The translations under genes and the position numbers were made by a program. Positions 34,391 to 47,566 of a DNA stretch of 64,000 nt are shown in pieces. The notes beneath the pieces were generated by a model. The model was not told the origin of the DNA, searched no databases, and worked only from the letters and a program-made list of their open reading frames with translations. This DNA comes from Heptranchias perlo. Its lineage: Eukaryota. Location of the stretch: NCBI RefSeq assembly GCF_035084215.1, contig NC_090346.1, forward strand, positions 16,244,001 to 16,308,000, given 5' to 3'. Position 1 is the stretch's first letter, and each line of letters starts with the position of its first letter.

Positions 34391-37148
34391 TTAATTTGCT
34401 GATTTTGATGAAACAACTGTTTACTCGCTATTAAAGTTGTTTTTTTCCTTTTTCCAGCATCTAATCAGGGCTGTTATTTGCCTTGCTGGGGGCCTGTGCA
34501 AAGGTTCGGTTTGGGGCCCCTACGTTATTCTGGACAATGATACTAAATACTGGTTAGTCTGGCTTCAAACCCGCACACCTACGATCCTGTTTGTAATGGG
34601 CAATATAAAGATAGTTGACCAAATGGTTAGGGATCAGGTATTACCAGCGCGTAGGTCACCTCTCACTGGACTCACAGGGGGTCCCGTGTGATTGCACGAT
34701 CCTAACACTGCCCCTGCACCTCAGTGTCTGTTACTCTACATATAAACTGTCTGAACTCCTCGATTGGATCCCAGCCTCGAACCCACTCCTGGGCTTCCGT
34801 TATTCTATATTTAATCTTTTTTTTTCTTGTTGCAGAATCCACTTCAATTGGGTACCGAAAGCGAACGACTGGACGTTCAGAAGGCCTGGACTCCACCTGG
34901 GCCCTCTGACGTAGGAGAGCCCGGGTCTTCTAAATGATGGCCGTGTTCGCCCTTGGTCTGGTGAAGACTTGCTGCTCCTCCACACTAAGGAATTGATTCT
35001 CTGTGTCCGGAGAGTCCTCACTTCACCAATTTAAAATCGTAAACTGGTTCTGAACAGTGGCCGAGAGAGCCCAGAGCCTGGGAACATATCGTGTTTATTC
35101 TAGAAATGATGTCCGTGGTGCAATGTTAAGTCACCGAGCTTCCTGCAAACTTTAACCAGGTTTAGGGAACTAATCCGCTACTAAATTGGGGCAGAATGTA
35201 AAGATTGTATGTTTTCTCTTGTAAGCATCCACCCGTACTGTACTTAATGTTTGTGTAAAATACTCTTCAGACTGACTGCCACCTGCTATTTGCACAGTTC
35301 GTCGCCGTTTGATCTCCTTCACTAACCAGCATTAGTTGGGATCCCCACTGATGCAATGCAGGATACAGCTCTCTAGGGGGCAGGATTCTGGGAGGGCATC
35401 AGTCAGGAGCAACATGTGTAGCATTGTTTCAGCGCTCTGGCTGTTCCCTGGATGTCGGTTTGAACTGGTGTGGGAAGGGAGGAGGGTTGATAGTGAGGGG
35501 GGCAACCCTTCCATCACACCAGTATCCAGGAAGAATGCAGTGCAGTTTATGGGACAACACTATTTGATTAACCAACTCCTAAGGCATATTGCCTGAAGAG
35601 ATGGTGTGATTGAAAGGGAAATGGCTTCGGGCACCAAGTCAGAATTTTTAGTTTGTTTTTCTCATTTGACAAACAAAAGAACATTGCAGTTTTTGAAGTC
35701 ACTGCAGGATGTACGCCAAGTAACAAATGGAACCCAGCCCATAGATACATGCAGTTAAGGTCTTGCATAGTTATGTAGACTTGAATGTCCTTAGAATGAT
35801 GAGTCCAAACCTGGGGCTTGAGACGAGCAAGTAGGGTGTGAGTTGGACATTGGTTTTGGGAATGAGGAGCAGGGAAGCACTGGGAGCTCTCTGGTCATTG
35901 GTTGCTCTTGGGCTCTCTGTGGCTGATGGGAATTTGGGAGGGCCTTGGGGGTCTGTGCAGGTAGGGGAGCTCGCTCCTGTTGGTGCTTTCCCACTCCCAG
36001 GGGCATCTTTTACACCACTCGCTCGGACTGGCCAGTGTCCTGCAGGTTCACATTCCCTGTGGAAGCAACAGGCTGTGCCGCAACTCTGGATGGAGAGATT
36101 GTCTCACTGCTGGGAACAGGAGTTGTGTGAACCTTTGGGTGGCAGGACTGCATTGTACATGTGACCTTGAAACTGTCCATCAAATCTTTTTTACCCCTCT
36201 TTCCCTCCCCCTTTGGGGAGGCCCTTGCTTCCTGCCACTACTTCTCATTAATAACTCATTTACCATCTGGAACTAAGCATGTGGGTAATGGGAGGCGAGA
36301 GCCTACAATGCAACACCGGGTGACTCATCTCAGTGGTATAACAGTACCCAAAACACCACATTCAATTGCCACCGGTATTGCTTCATGTCTGTGTATATTG
36401 TACAATTCCACATTGCCCAGTTCCGGCTACGATGCATATTCTCTGAGCTCAGTTCGAATTCACTGCTGTTGTCACCTGCATGCATTGCTTACTCTGCCCT
36501 TCTCTCTCTTTGGAAGGCCAACCAGATTCTGTACCGTATTTTCCTGTGACAGGCCCCAGCAGTGTTTCCAAACTGGTTCCCTCTGCATTGCACCCCAGCT
36601 GCGACACTCTGGGGAATCGGAGGGCACCAGAGCACTGCTGGGACCCGTTGTGTTAGTCACATCTATTAAAGCAGAATTAGAAGAGTTTTCATGTATAAAT
36701 ATAATAAATGTTTATGGTTACTTCTATTTTTGTGTGTTGTAAATTCTCTCTTGAAATATAAAGTAAATGTAAAATGGTATCAACCACTGGGGAGTTTATA
36801 GAGCAGAGAGAGAGAGGAGGTTATGCACACTGCAGTATCTAGACTGAAAAGTGGGTGCACACACCAGCAAATCTTAGAATCACAGAACTTTACAGCACAG
36901 GAGGCCATTCAGCCCGTCATGTCTGTACCAGCTCTCTGAAAGAGATATCCACTTAGTCCTATTACCCTGCCCATTCTCATTACCCTTTTACATTTTTCTT
37001 CAAATATTTTTGCGCTTTCCTTTTAAGCCCCAAGACATTCAAAATGTGGTTGGGTGTTAGGCTGGGAGAGCTAGTGTGCTAGAAGGACGAGGTTTGAATG
37101 GCTTGTTTCCATCCTTGACTCTTGTCCTGACAGCTTCTACTCTGACCA

Positions 37149-37382
37149 GCCTCAGATGAGTGGAATAAAAACAGAAAATACTGGAAAAGCTCAGCAAGTG
37201 AGGCAGCATCTGTGGAGAAAGAAAGAGTTAATTTTTCACGTCGAAGACCTTTCGTCAGAACTGGAAGATGTTAAAGTTGTTTCTTTCTCCACAGATGCTG
37301 CCTGATTTGCTGAGCATCTCCAGCATTTTCTGTTTTTATTTCAGATTTCCAGCATCCGCAGTATTTTGCCTCAGATGAGTGG
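37149..37382. mobile_element. Short Penelope-derived hairpin element with 15-bp TSD
   Basis: GCCTCAGATGAGTGG duplicated at 37149-37163 and 37368-37382; ~60-bp inverted arms; - strand CTGACGA-A-AGGTC-TTC-GACGT-GAAA hammerhead-like core; unpaired 3' tail. Confidence 0.75.
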
Positions 37383-38074
37383 CGCTGACTGCCGCTGGAT
37401 TCTCCCACACCAGCTGTTCTTATGGGCTCCTTAAGGGAGATTTTTCAACTTGTGCCAGATTGTTGGCGGTTTTGTACCGAGGGCTTCGTCAGTCTGGCCC
37501 CCAGAGATGAAGCCCAGTGTCTGGCCACTGACCCAGCCCACCTCCTCTGCCCTCTCTGTGGGTCAGCTGGAGTAATGGGGCCTCTCTCTGCGTCAGCTGG
37601 CAGCCCACAGCTTAATTGCATTGCACCCACCCAAAGAATGGAGGGGAGTGAGGGGAGCCGATCTTGTGTAATTAATAATACACCAATTTATGTAGTTCCT
37701 TTAACGCAGCAAAACGTCCTAAGGTGCATCACAGGAGCAATTATAAAACAAACATTGATTATTGATCCAAAGAAACGCCTGATCAAAGAGGTAGGTTTTA
37801 AGGAGAGTCTTATGATTGAGGTTTGAGGAGAGAATTCCAGAGCTTGGGGCCTAGGCAGCTGAAGCCATGGCCTTGGTGGGGTGAAGGAATTGGGGGATAT
37901 GCAAGAAGCCAGAGTTCGAAGAATGCAGAGTTCTCGGAGGGTTGTAAGGTTGGATAATAAAACTTATCACACCTGAAGTGCCTCGCGTATAATAAATTGC
38001 TTTACTTTTGAGTGCAATCACTAGGTAACGACAGCTTTTAGATCTATTTTCTTTCTTGCTGGTGTTGGCCAGGT

Positions 38075-38302
38075 CACCTCTGCTTTTCTTCAAGTAGTGC
38101 CTTGGGAACATTAGCACTCACCCAGAACAAGGCCTCAGTTTAACGTCTCATCTGTAAGACTGCACCTCTGACAGTGCAGCACTCCCTCAGTCCTACACTG
38201 GGAGTGTCAGCCTGGATTATGTGCTCAAGTCTCTGAAGTGGGACTTGAACCCACGACCTTCTGACTCAGGCAAGAATGCTACCACTGATCCACGACTGAC
38301 AC
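38075..38302 (-). mobile_element. DeuSINE 5' half
   Basis: aacgtctcatctg...cagtgcagcactccctcagt...cttgaacccacgaccttctgactcag. Confidence 0.65.
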
Positions 38303-38439
38303 TGCAAAGCTGTGGTTGTCATGTTGGTTGCTGGGTAACTATGTTTGCCTTTTCTAAAATACCCATTAGGGTACGCTGGGTCACTCGGGTATGCTGGGTC
38401 ACCCCAGTGTCATCAACCCAAGTAAAAGTACTCTAACAA

Positions 38440-38830
38440 AAATTCCCCCTTTTTAGAGGGGAACAACTAATAAACACCCAAAATCATACAAAAGACAAAG
38501 GAAACTTATTAAATTAAATAATACTTAAAGTATCGACCATAGCCTCCAGTCCCTGCAGTGCCCACCAGTAGCGGAAAGCCTCGAGTGTACCAGCGGACAC
38601 CACGTGCGTGCTCCTTCTCCAGGGCCATCTGGATGCAGACAAGACTGCGGAAGAGAGGCAGGTAGCCAGAGTGACTGTCCCCATGGGCCAAGTCCAGCCT
38701 GGACCTGTGGGTGGCCAGGCCCAGGAGCAGATAACGGTGTATGTGATTCTGCCCTTTACAGTGTTTTACTGGCATGAGTCAATCCCACCAACTTGCTGGT
38801 GCTACAGACTGTTAACTATAACTATCCTCG
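38440..38830 (-). mobile_element. L1/Tx1-clade LINE 3' end, degenerate
   Basis: LLLGLA.HRSR...LPLFRSLV...ALEKEHA followed by GTLEAFRYWWA in another frame, as in Tx1 ORF2 C-termini. Confidence 0.6.
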
Positions 38831-39639
38831 ATCTCAGTGAGGCCACTTCAATGGCTGTCACTGCTCCTGGGCTTGAAAGGGGTTTTTAAAAAAAATTAAC
38901 CAGCTTTCCTACTCCTACTCTCCATCCACTGACTCCTGCTGACAGCATACGTGGTGGAGACCAGGCTCAGTTGTGATGGCTCCCAGGGTCGAATACCCTG
39001 CTGCCACTTGATGTCAGAGCTCCGAGTTAAGAATAGGGGAGAGGGCTGGTGGAACCCATACCCCAGCACAAAGTAATCAATCTGCCCGAGGGCTGTGATT
39101 CTCGTAAAGCACCAAGAATCTTAGTGTGTTGTAATTCCCAGATGTCTCCATTCTGGTAAGAGGGTTGACACAGGCTTGTGGGATTGTCCGATTGTGCAAT
39201 TGGACAAAAACTACATATTATCATTGATTCTCAACAGAAGGAGCTGCCACCTATCTGCTGGGAGCCTGTGTTCCGCGCACTGCCTGACCCCCAGCCTCCT
39301 TTCATACACATTCAGTTTGATTGGGTTGCATCATCCTTTATCAGCCTGAAACTCCAGTGAATTGCTGATTCATTTCTTTTGCTCCGGTAATATTCAAACA
39401 GTTTGCTGATTGACTGAGGAGGGAGGTTACTGGCACAGATGAACCAATCTCTCCATGGGGCTCTAAATCAAACAGGACGCTGTTATAAAGCTGCTGTATC
39501 TCCTTGTGCGTTAGCCTGCACTGGGCATATCTGGAGAGGGTTGTGTGGTATGTTGGATCAGGGGCTGGGTGGCACAGTCGAATCGGTTAGCGTAACAACC
39601 AAATCAGTGCTCATGAGAGGTATTGATCAGCAAAGGGAA

Positions 39640-40217
39640 CCGAAGAGCTTTATAAATCACTGGTTAGGCCTCAGCTGGAGTATTGTGTCTAATTCTGGGC
39701 ATCACATTTTAGGAAGGATGTCAAGGCCTTGGAGAGGGTGCAGAGGAGGTTTACTAGAATGGTACCAGGGATGAGAAACTCCAGTTATGAGGAGAGACTG
39801 GAGAATCTGGGGTTGGTCTCCTTAGAGCAGAGAAGGTTGAGAGGAGATTTGATGGAGGTATTCAAAATTATGAAGGGTCCAGACAGAGTAGATAGAGAGA
39901 AACTCTTCCCATTGGCGGAAGGGTCAAGAACCAGAGGACATAGATTTAAGGTGATTGGCAAAAGAACCAAAGGTGACATGAGGAAAAACTTTTTTACACA
40001 GCGAGTGGTTAGGATCTGGACTGCACTGCCCGAGGGGGTGGTGGAGGCAGATTCAATCATGGCCTTCAAAAAGGAACTGGATAAGTACTTGAAGGGAAAA
40101 AATTTGCAGGGCTACGGGGATAGAGCAGGGGAGTGGGACTAGCTGGATTGCTGTTGTAGAGAGCCAGCATAGGCTCGATGGCTGAATGGCCTCTTTCTGT
40201 GCTGTAACCTTTCTATG
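39640..40217 (+). mobile_element. CR1 LINE 3' fragment
   Basis: ERVQRRFTRMVPG...RRLRGDLMEVFK...RTRGHRFK...FFTQRVVRIW. Confidence 0.9.
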
Positions 40218-40655
40218 AAAAACCCACTTCACAGAAATGTCGGAAGTTGATGAAAATCTGAAGTAACACAGGTGTCACAGTGAGACCTCCAGGCCCTAAT
40301 CTACAGGCTCAAACTCCCACTGCCTCCCAGTCTGACAGCAGCAGACGGAGCTTCAATTCCATGGAATTAGAGATAAGTGATGGGGCTGAGCCGATAGGGT
40401 TTACACTGACCTGTACTTGCACTAAGTGCCTGTTTATAAGATAGGATGTTTCCTGAAGGTCATTGTGTGCTGAACCGAGAACTCTGGGGAAGGTGAAACT
40501 GCACAGCTCTGACTCACTTCAGCCTTGTGCTTCCCGTCTCGGTGTGAGGAAGTCATTCCGTGCCTCACGCCATATTGGTTAAGGCACCTGCCTGAAACAG
40601 GTGTTAGGCCCCCGATTTGCACAGGCAACGGGCCGAGTGCCTATTCCAGGCCCAC

Positions 40656-40694
<39 letters not shown>

Positions 40695-40734
40695 GGCGAC
40701 AGACCCGGCTACGACAGATGGTAAATCTGATGCT

Positions 40735-42464
40735 GAGTGTGGGGATTGTGTGTTGGTGAGTGTGAGGATTGTGTGTTGGTGAGTTGGTGAGTGTGAGGAT
40801 TGTGTGTTGGTGAGTGTGGGGATTGTGTGTTGGTGAGTGTGAGGATTGTGTGTTGGTGAGTGTGGGGCTTGTGTGTTGGTGAGTGTGGGGATTGTGAGTT
40901 GGTGAGTGTGAGGATTGTGTGTAGGTGAGTGTGGGGGTTGTGTGTTGGTGAGTGTGGGGGTTGTGTGTTGGTGAGTGAGGGGATTGTGTGTTGGTGAGTG
41001 TGGGGATTGTGTGTTGGTGAGTGTGGGGGTTGTGTGTTGGTGAGTGTGGGGATTGTGTGTTGGTGAGTGTGGGGGTTGTGTGTTGGTGAGTGAGGGGTTT
41101 GTGTGTTGGTGAGTGTGGGGATTGTGTGTTGGTGAGTGTGGGGGTTGTGTGTTGGTGAGTGTGGGGATTGTGTGTTGGTGAGTGTGAGAATTGTGTGTTG
41201 GTGAGTGTGGGGGTTGTGTGTTGGTGAGTGTGGGGGTTGTGTGTTGGTGAGTGTGGGGGTTGTGTGTTGGTGAGTGTGGGGCTTGTGTGTTGGTGAGTGT
41301 GGGGATTGTGAGTTGGTGAGTGTGAGGATTGTGTGTTGGTGAGTGTGGGGGTTGTGTGTTGGTGAGTGTGGGGGTTGTGTGTTGGTGAGTGTGGGGATTG
41401 TGTGTTGTTGAGTGTGAGGATTGTGTGTTGGTGAGTGTGAGGATTGTGTGTTGGTGAGTGTGGGGATTGTGTGTTGGTGAGTGTGAGGATTGTGTGTTGG
41501 TGAGTGTGGGGCTTGTGTGTTGGTGAGTGTGGGGATTGTGAGTTGGTGAGTGTGAGGATTGTGTGTAGGTGAGTGTGGGGGTTGTGTGTTGGTGAGTGTG
41601 GGGGTTGTGTGTTGGTGAATGTGGGGGTTGTGTGTTGGTGAATGTGGGGGTTGTGTGTTGGTGAGTGTGGGGGTTGTGTGTTGGTGAGTGAGGGGATTGT
41701 GTGTTGGTGAGTGTGGGGATTGTGTGTTGGTGAGTGTGGGGATTGTGTGTTGGTGAGTGTGGGGGTTGTGTGTTGGTGAATGTGGGGATTGTGTGTTGGT
41801 GAGTGTGAGAATTGTGTGTTGGTGAGTGTGGGGATTGTGTGTTGGTGAGTGTGGAGGTTGTGTGTTGGTGAGTGTGGGGATTGTGTGTTGGTGAGTGTGG
41901 GGGTTGTGTGTTGGTGAGTGTGGGGGTTGTGTGTTGGTGAGTGTGGGGGTTGTGTGTTGGTGAGTGAGGGGATTGTGTGTTGGTGAGTGTGGGGGTTGTG
42001 TGTTTGTGAGTGTGGGGGTTGTGTGTTGGTGAGTGTGGGGATTGTGTGTTGGTGAGTGTGGGGGTTGTGTGTTTGTGAGTGTGAGGATTGTGTGTTGGTG
42101 AGTGAGGGGATTGTGTGTTGGTGAGTGTGGGGGTTGTGTGTTTGTGAGTGTGGGGGTTGTGTGTTGGTGAGTGTGGGGGTTGTGTGTTGGTGAGTGAGGG
42201 GATTGTGTGTTGGTGAGTGTGGGGGTTGTGTGTTGGTGAGTGAGGGGATTGTGTGTTGGTGAGTGTGGGGGTTGTGTGTTGGTGAGTGTGGGGGTTGTGT
42301 GTTGGTGAGTGTGGGGGTTGTGTGTTGGTGAGTGTGGGGATTGTGTGTTGGTGAGTGTGGGGGTTGTGTGTTTGTGAGTGTGGGGGTTGTGTGTTGGTGA
42401 GTGAGGGGATTGTGTGTTTGTGAGTGTGGGGGTTGTGTGTTGGTGAGTGTGGGGGTTGTGTGAG
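40735..42464 (+). repeat. 23-bp minisatellite (GAGTGTGGGGRTTGTGTGTTGGT), ~75 copies
   Basis: Seen directly; 23-aa periodicity in the spurious ORFs; preceded by (GT)n at ~40659-40688. Confidence 0.97.
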
Positions 42465-42721
42465 TTCCTCACACAGAGAAGGGAAGCACAAGGCTGAGGT
42501 GAGTCAGAGCTGTGCAGTTCCATGCGAGTGGTGAGGAATGAGGAAGAGGAGGGCGATAACTGAAACCCTGCGAGGGGAATCTGTTGAGACCAGGATTTTA
42601 AAAAGGTCAGATGTCCGAAATCACTCTTGAAGCTGTGATAAAATCGGTGCTTTGTAAGAATTAATAAGGCGTCTCTTTTGTGATTGGAGGTAAAGGGGAC
42701 AGTGATCAGCTCTAGGGGGGA

Positions 42722-45358
42722 CCATAAGAGATAGGAGCCCCTCGAGCCTGCTCCGCCATTTAATGAGATCATGGCTGATCTGATTTTTACCTCAGCTCCA
42801 CTTTCCCGCCCTTTCCCCATATCCTTTGACTCCCTTGCTGATCAAAAATTTGTCTAACTCAGCCTCCACAGCTTTTTGGGGTAAAGAATTCCAAAGATTC
42901 ACCACCCTCTGGGAGAAGAAATTCCTCCTCATTTCCGTCTTAAACGGGCGACCCCTTATTCTGAGACTATGGCCCCTAGTTTTAGATTTCCCCATGAGGG
43001 GTAACATCCTCTCAGCATCTACCCTATCGAGTCCCCTCAGAATCTTGTATGTTTCAATAAGATCTCCTCTCATTCTTCTAAACTCCATTGAGTATAGACC
43101 CAACCTGTTCAATCTTTCCTCATAAGACAACCCTTCATTACCGGAATCAACCTAGTGAACCTTCTCTGAACTGCCTCCAATGCTAGTATGTCCTTCCTTA
43201 AATAAGGGCACCAGAACTGTACGCAGTACTCCAGGTGTGGTCTCACAAGCACCCTGTACAGTTGTAGCATGACATCCCTGCTTTTATACTCCATCCCCCT
43301 AGAAATAAAGGCCAATATTCTGTTTGCCTTCCGGATTAACTGCTGCACCTGTATGATGATCTTTTGTGTTTCATGTACGAGGACACCCAGATCCCTCTGT
43401 ACCACAGCATTTTGTAGTATTTCTCCATTCAAATAATATTTTGCTTTTTTATTTTTCCTCCCAAAGTGGATGACTTCACATTTTCCCACATTATATTCCA
43501 TCTGCTAAAATTTTGCCCATTCACTTAATCTGTCAATATCCCTTTACAGACACTGTGTCCTCATCGCAACTTGCTTTTCCACCTATCTTTGTATCATCAG
43601 CAAATTTGGCCACAAGACACACTGTTCCTTCATCCAAGTCATTGATATATATTGTAAATAGTTAAGGCCCCAGCACTGATACCTGCGACACCCCACTAGT
43701 TACAGATTGCCATCCTGAAAATGACCCTTTAATCCCGACTCTTTGTTTTCTGTTAGTTAGCCAATCCTCTATCTATGCCAGTATATTACCCCCAACACCA
43801 TGAGCTCTTATCTTGTACAGTAATCTTTTATGTGGCACCTTATCGAATGCCTTTTGGAAATCCAAATATACTGCATCCATTGGTTCCCCTTTATCCACCC
43901 TGCCCATTACTTCCTCAAAGAACTCTAATAAATTTGTCAGATGTGATTTCTCCTTCATAAAACCATGTTGACTCTCCTTGATTGTATTATGAGTCTCCAA
44001 ATGTCCTGCTACTACTTCCTTAATAATGGATTCTAGCATTTTCCCAATGACAGATGTTAGGCTAACTGGTCTATAGTTGCCTGCTTTCTGTCTCACTCCC
44101 TTCTTGAATAGGGGTGTTACGTTTGCGGTTTTCCAATCCGCTGGGACCTTTCCAGAATCTAGTGAATTCTGGAAGATTACAACCAATGCATCCACTATCT
44201 CTGTAGCCACTTTCTTTAAGACCCTCGGATGCAAGCCATCAGGTCCAGGGGACTTGTCAGCCTTTAGACCCATTAGTTTACCTAGTACTTTTTCTCTAGT
44301 GATCGTGATTGTTTTTAATTCCTCCCTCCCCTTTGCCCCTTGATTTTCTACTATTATTGGTATGTTATTAGTGTCTTCTACTGTGAAGACAGATACAAAA
44401 TATCTGTTCAATTCCTCTGCCATTTCCTTGTTTTCCATTATTATTTCCCCAGTCTCATCCTCTAAGAGACTAATGTTTACTTTAGCTACCCTCTTCCTTT
44501 TTATATACTTGTAGAAGCTTTTACTATCAGTTTTTATATTTCTTGTTAGTTTATTCTCAATTTATTTTCTCCCTCTTTATTATTCTTTTAGTCATCCTTT
44601 GCTGGCTTTTAAAGTTTTCCCAATCTTCGGGCTTACCAGTAATCTTTGCCACGTTGTTTGCTTTTTCTTTTAACCTGATACCATCCTTTACTTCCTTCAT
44701 TAGCCATGGTTGGTTCACCCTTTTTGTGAAGTCTTTCCTCCTCACAGGATATATTTTTGTTGCGAGTCATAAAATATCTTTTAAATATTTGCCACTGCTT
44801 ATCCACCATCATACCATCTAATCTGTTTACCCAGTCCACTTTAGCCAATTCCACCCTCATTCATTTATAATTGCCCTTATTTAAGTTTAATACAGTAGTT
44901 TCAGACCCAAGATCCTCGCTCTCAAACTGGATGTGAAATTCTATCATGTTATGATCACTGCTTCCCAAGGGATCCTTTACTTTGAGATCATTAATTAATC
45001 CTGTTTCGTTACCCATTACCAGATCCAAAATGGCCTGTTCCCTGGTTGGTTCCCCGACGTATTGGTCTAAGAAACAGTCCCTAATACACTCAATGAACTC
45101 CTCCTCAGAGCTATTTTTGCCAATTTGATGTGTCCAATATATGTGAAAGTTAAAATCGCCCATGATTATTGCATTACCTTTTTTACAAGCCCCCCTTATT
45201 TCCTGATTTATATTTTGCCCTACAGTGTAGCTACAGTTAGGGGGCCTATATACTACTACTACCAGTGATTTCTTTCCCTTGCTATTTCTTACCTCCACCC
45301 AAATTGTTTCGACATCTTGATCTTCTGAGCCAAGATCATTTCTCACTATTATACCAAG
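42722..45358 (-). mobile_element. CR1 LINE ORF2 (AP endonuclease + RT + 3'UTR), 5'-truncated, frameshifted
   Basis: VVYRPPN, IMGDFN, SDHN (EN); [34 protein letters not shown] (RT); [11 protein letters not shown]. Confidence 0.93.
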
Positions 45359-47566
45359 GGAGGAGGGACGGTGACACCTGTACCTGGGGGAAGGGAGACA
45401 GTGACACCTGTACCCGGGGGTGGGGAGACAGTGACACCTGTACCCGGGGGAGGAGAGACGTGTGACACCTGTACCCCGGGGGAGGAGAGACGGTGACACC
45501 TGTACCCGGGGGAGGGGAGACGGTGACACCTGTACCCGGGGGAGGAGAGACGTGTGACACCTGTACCCCGGGGGAGGAGAGACGGTGACACCTGTACCCA
45601 GGGGGGAGGGGAGACGGTGACACCTGTACCCCGGGGGAGGAGAGACAGTGACACCTGTACCCGGGGGAGGGGAGACGTGTGACAACTGTACCCGGGGGAG
45701 GGGAGACGGTGACACCTGTACCCCGGGGGAGGGGAGACGGTGACACCTGTACCCGGGGGAGGGGAGACGGTGACACCTGTACCCGGGGGGGAGACGAGAC
45801 AGTGACACCTGTACCCCGGGGGAGGAGAGACGGTGACACCTGTACCCGGGGGAGGGGAGACGTGTGACACCTGTACCCGGGGGAGGGGAGACGGTGACAC
45901 CTGTACCCCGGGGGAGGGGAGACGGTGACACCTGTACCCGGGGGAGGAGAGACGTGTGACACCTGTACCCCGGGGGAGGGGAGATGGTGACACCTGTACC
46001 CCGGGGGAGGGGAGACGGTGACACCTGTACCCCGGGGGAGGAGAGACGTGTGACACCTGTACCCCGGGGAGGGGAGACGGTGACACCTGTACCCGGGGGA
46101 GGAGAGACGGGTGACACCTGTACCCGGGGGGGGAGGGGAGACGGGTGACACCTGTACCCGGGGGGGAGGGGAGACGGGTGACACCTGTACAACGGGGGAG
46201 GGGAGACGGGAGACACCTGTACCCCGGGGTGGGAGGGGAGACGGGTGACACCTGTACCCCGGGGGAGGAGAGACGGGTGACACCTGTACCCGGGGGAGGA
46301 GAGACGTGTGACACCTGTACCCCGGGGGAGGGGAGACAGTGACACCTGTACCCGGGGGAGGGGAGACGTGTGACACCTGTACCCCGGGGGAGGGGAGAAA
46401 GTGACACCTGTACCTGGGGGAGGGGAGACGGTGACACCTGTACCTGGGGGAGGGGAGACGGTGACACCTGTACCCCGGGGGAGGGGAGACGGTGACACCT
46501 GTACCCCGGGGGAGGGGAGACAGGTGACACCTGTACCCGGGGGAGGGGAGACGTGTGACACCTGTACCCCGGGGGAGGGGAGAAAGTGACACCTGTACCT
46601 GGGGGAGGGGAGACGGTGACACCTGTACCCCGGGGGAGGGGAGACGGTGACACCTGTATCCCAGGGGAGGGGAGACGGTGACACCTGTATCCCGGAGGTG
46701 GGGAGACAGTGACACCTGTACCCCGGGGGAGTGGAGACGGTGACACCTGTACCCCGGGGGAGGGGAGACGGTGACACCTGTACCCCGGGGGAGGGGAGAC
46801 GGTGACACCTGTATCCCAGGGGAGGGGAGACGGTGACACCTGTACCCCGGGGGTGGGGAGACGGTGACACCTGTACCCCGGGGGAGGGGAGACGGTGACA
46901 CCTGTATCCCAGGGGAGGGGAGACGGTGACACCTGTACCCCGGGGGAGGGGAGACGGTGACACCTGTACCCCGGGGGAGTGGAGACGGTGACACCTGTGC
47001 CCCGGGGGAGGGGAGACGGTTACGCCTGTACCCCGGGGGAGGAGAGACGGTGACACCTGTATCCCGGGGGAGGGGAGACAGTGACACGTGTACCCCGGGG
47101 GAGTGGAGACGATGACACTTGTACCCCGGGGGAGTGGAGACTGTGACACCCGTACCCTGGGGGAGGGGAGACAGTGACACCTGTACCCCGGGGGAGGGGA
47201 GACAGTGACACCTGTACCTGGGGGAGGGGAGACAGTGACACCTGTACCCGGGGGAGGGGAGACGGTGACACCTGTACCCCGGGGGAGGGGAGACGGTGAC
47301 ACCTGTACCCGGGGGAGGGGAGACGGTGACACCTGTACCCGGGGGAGGGGAGACGGTGACACCTGTACCCCGGGGGAGGGGAGACGGTGACACCTGTACC
47401 CGGGGGAGGGGAGACGGTGACACCTGTACCCGGGGGAGGGGAGACGGTGACACCTGTACCCCGGGGGAGGGCAGACGGTGACACTTGTACCCGGGGGAGG
47501 GGAGACAGTGACACCTGTACCCGGGGGAGGGGAGACAGTGACACCTGTACCCGGGGGAGGGGAGAT
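45359..47566 (+). repeat. 30/31-bp minisatellite (GGGGGAGGGGAGACGGTGACACCTGTACCC[C]), ~70 copies
   Basis: Seen directly. Confidence 0.97.

Noticed and set aside
36161-36742. 193-aa ORF
   Set aside because: Non-ATG start and no recognisable homology; probably DCTN5 3'UTR or intergenic sequence.
40641-42820. His/Thr/Pro-rich mucin-like ORFs
   Set aside because: Artefact of the 23-bp minisatellite.
45359-47566. CRISPR-like array (30-bp repeats with a palindrome)
   Set aside because: No unique spacers, no cas genes, eukaryotic context.
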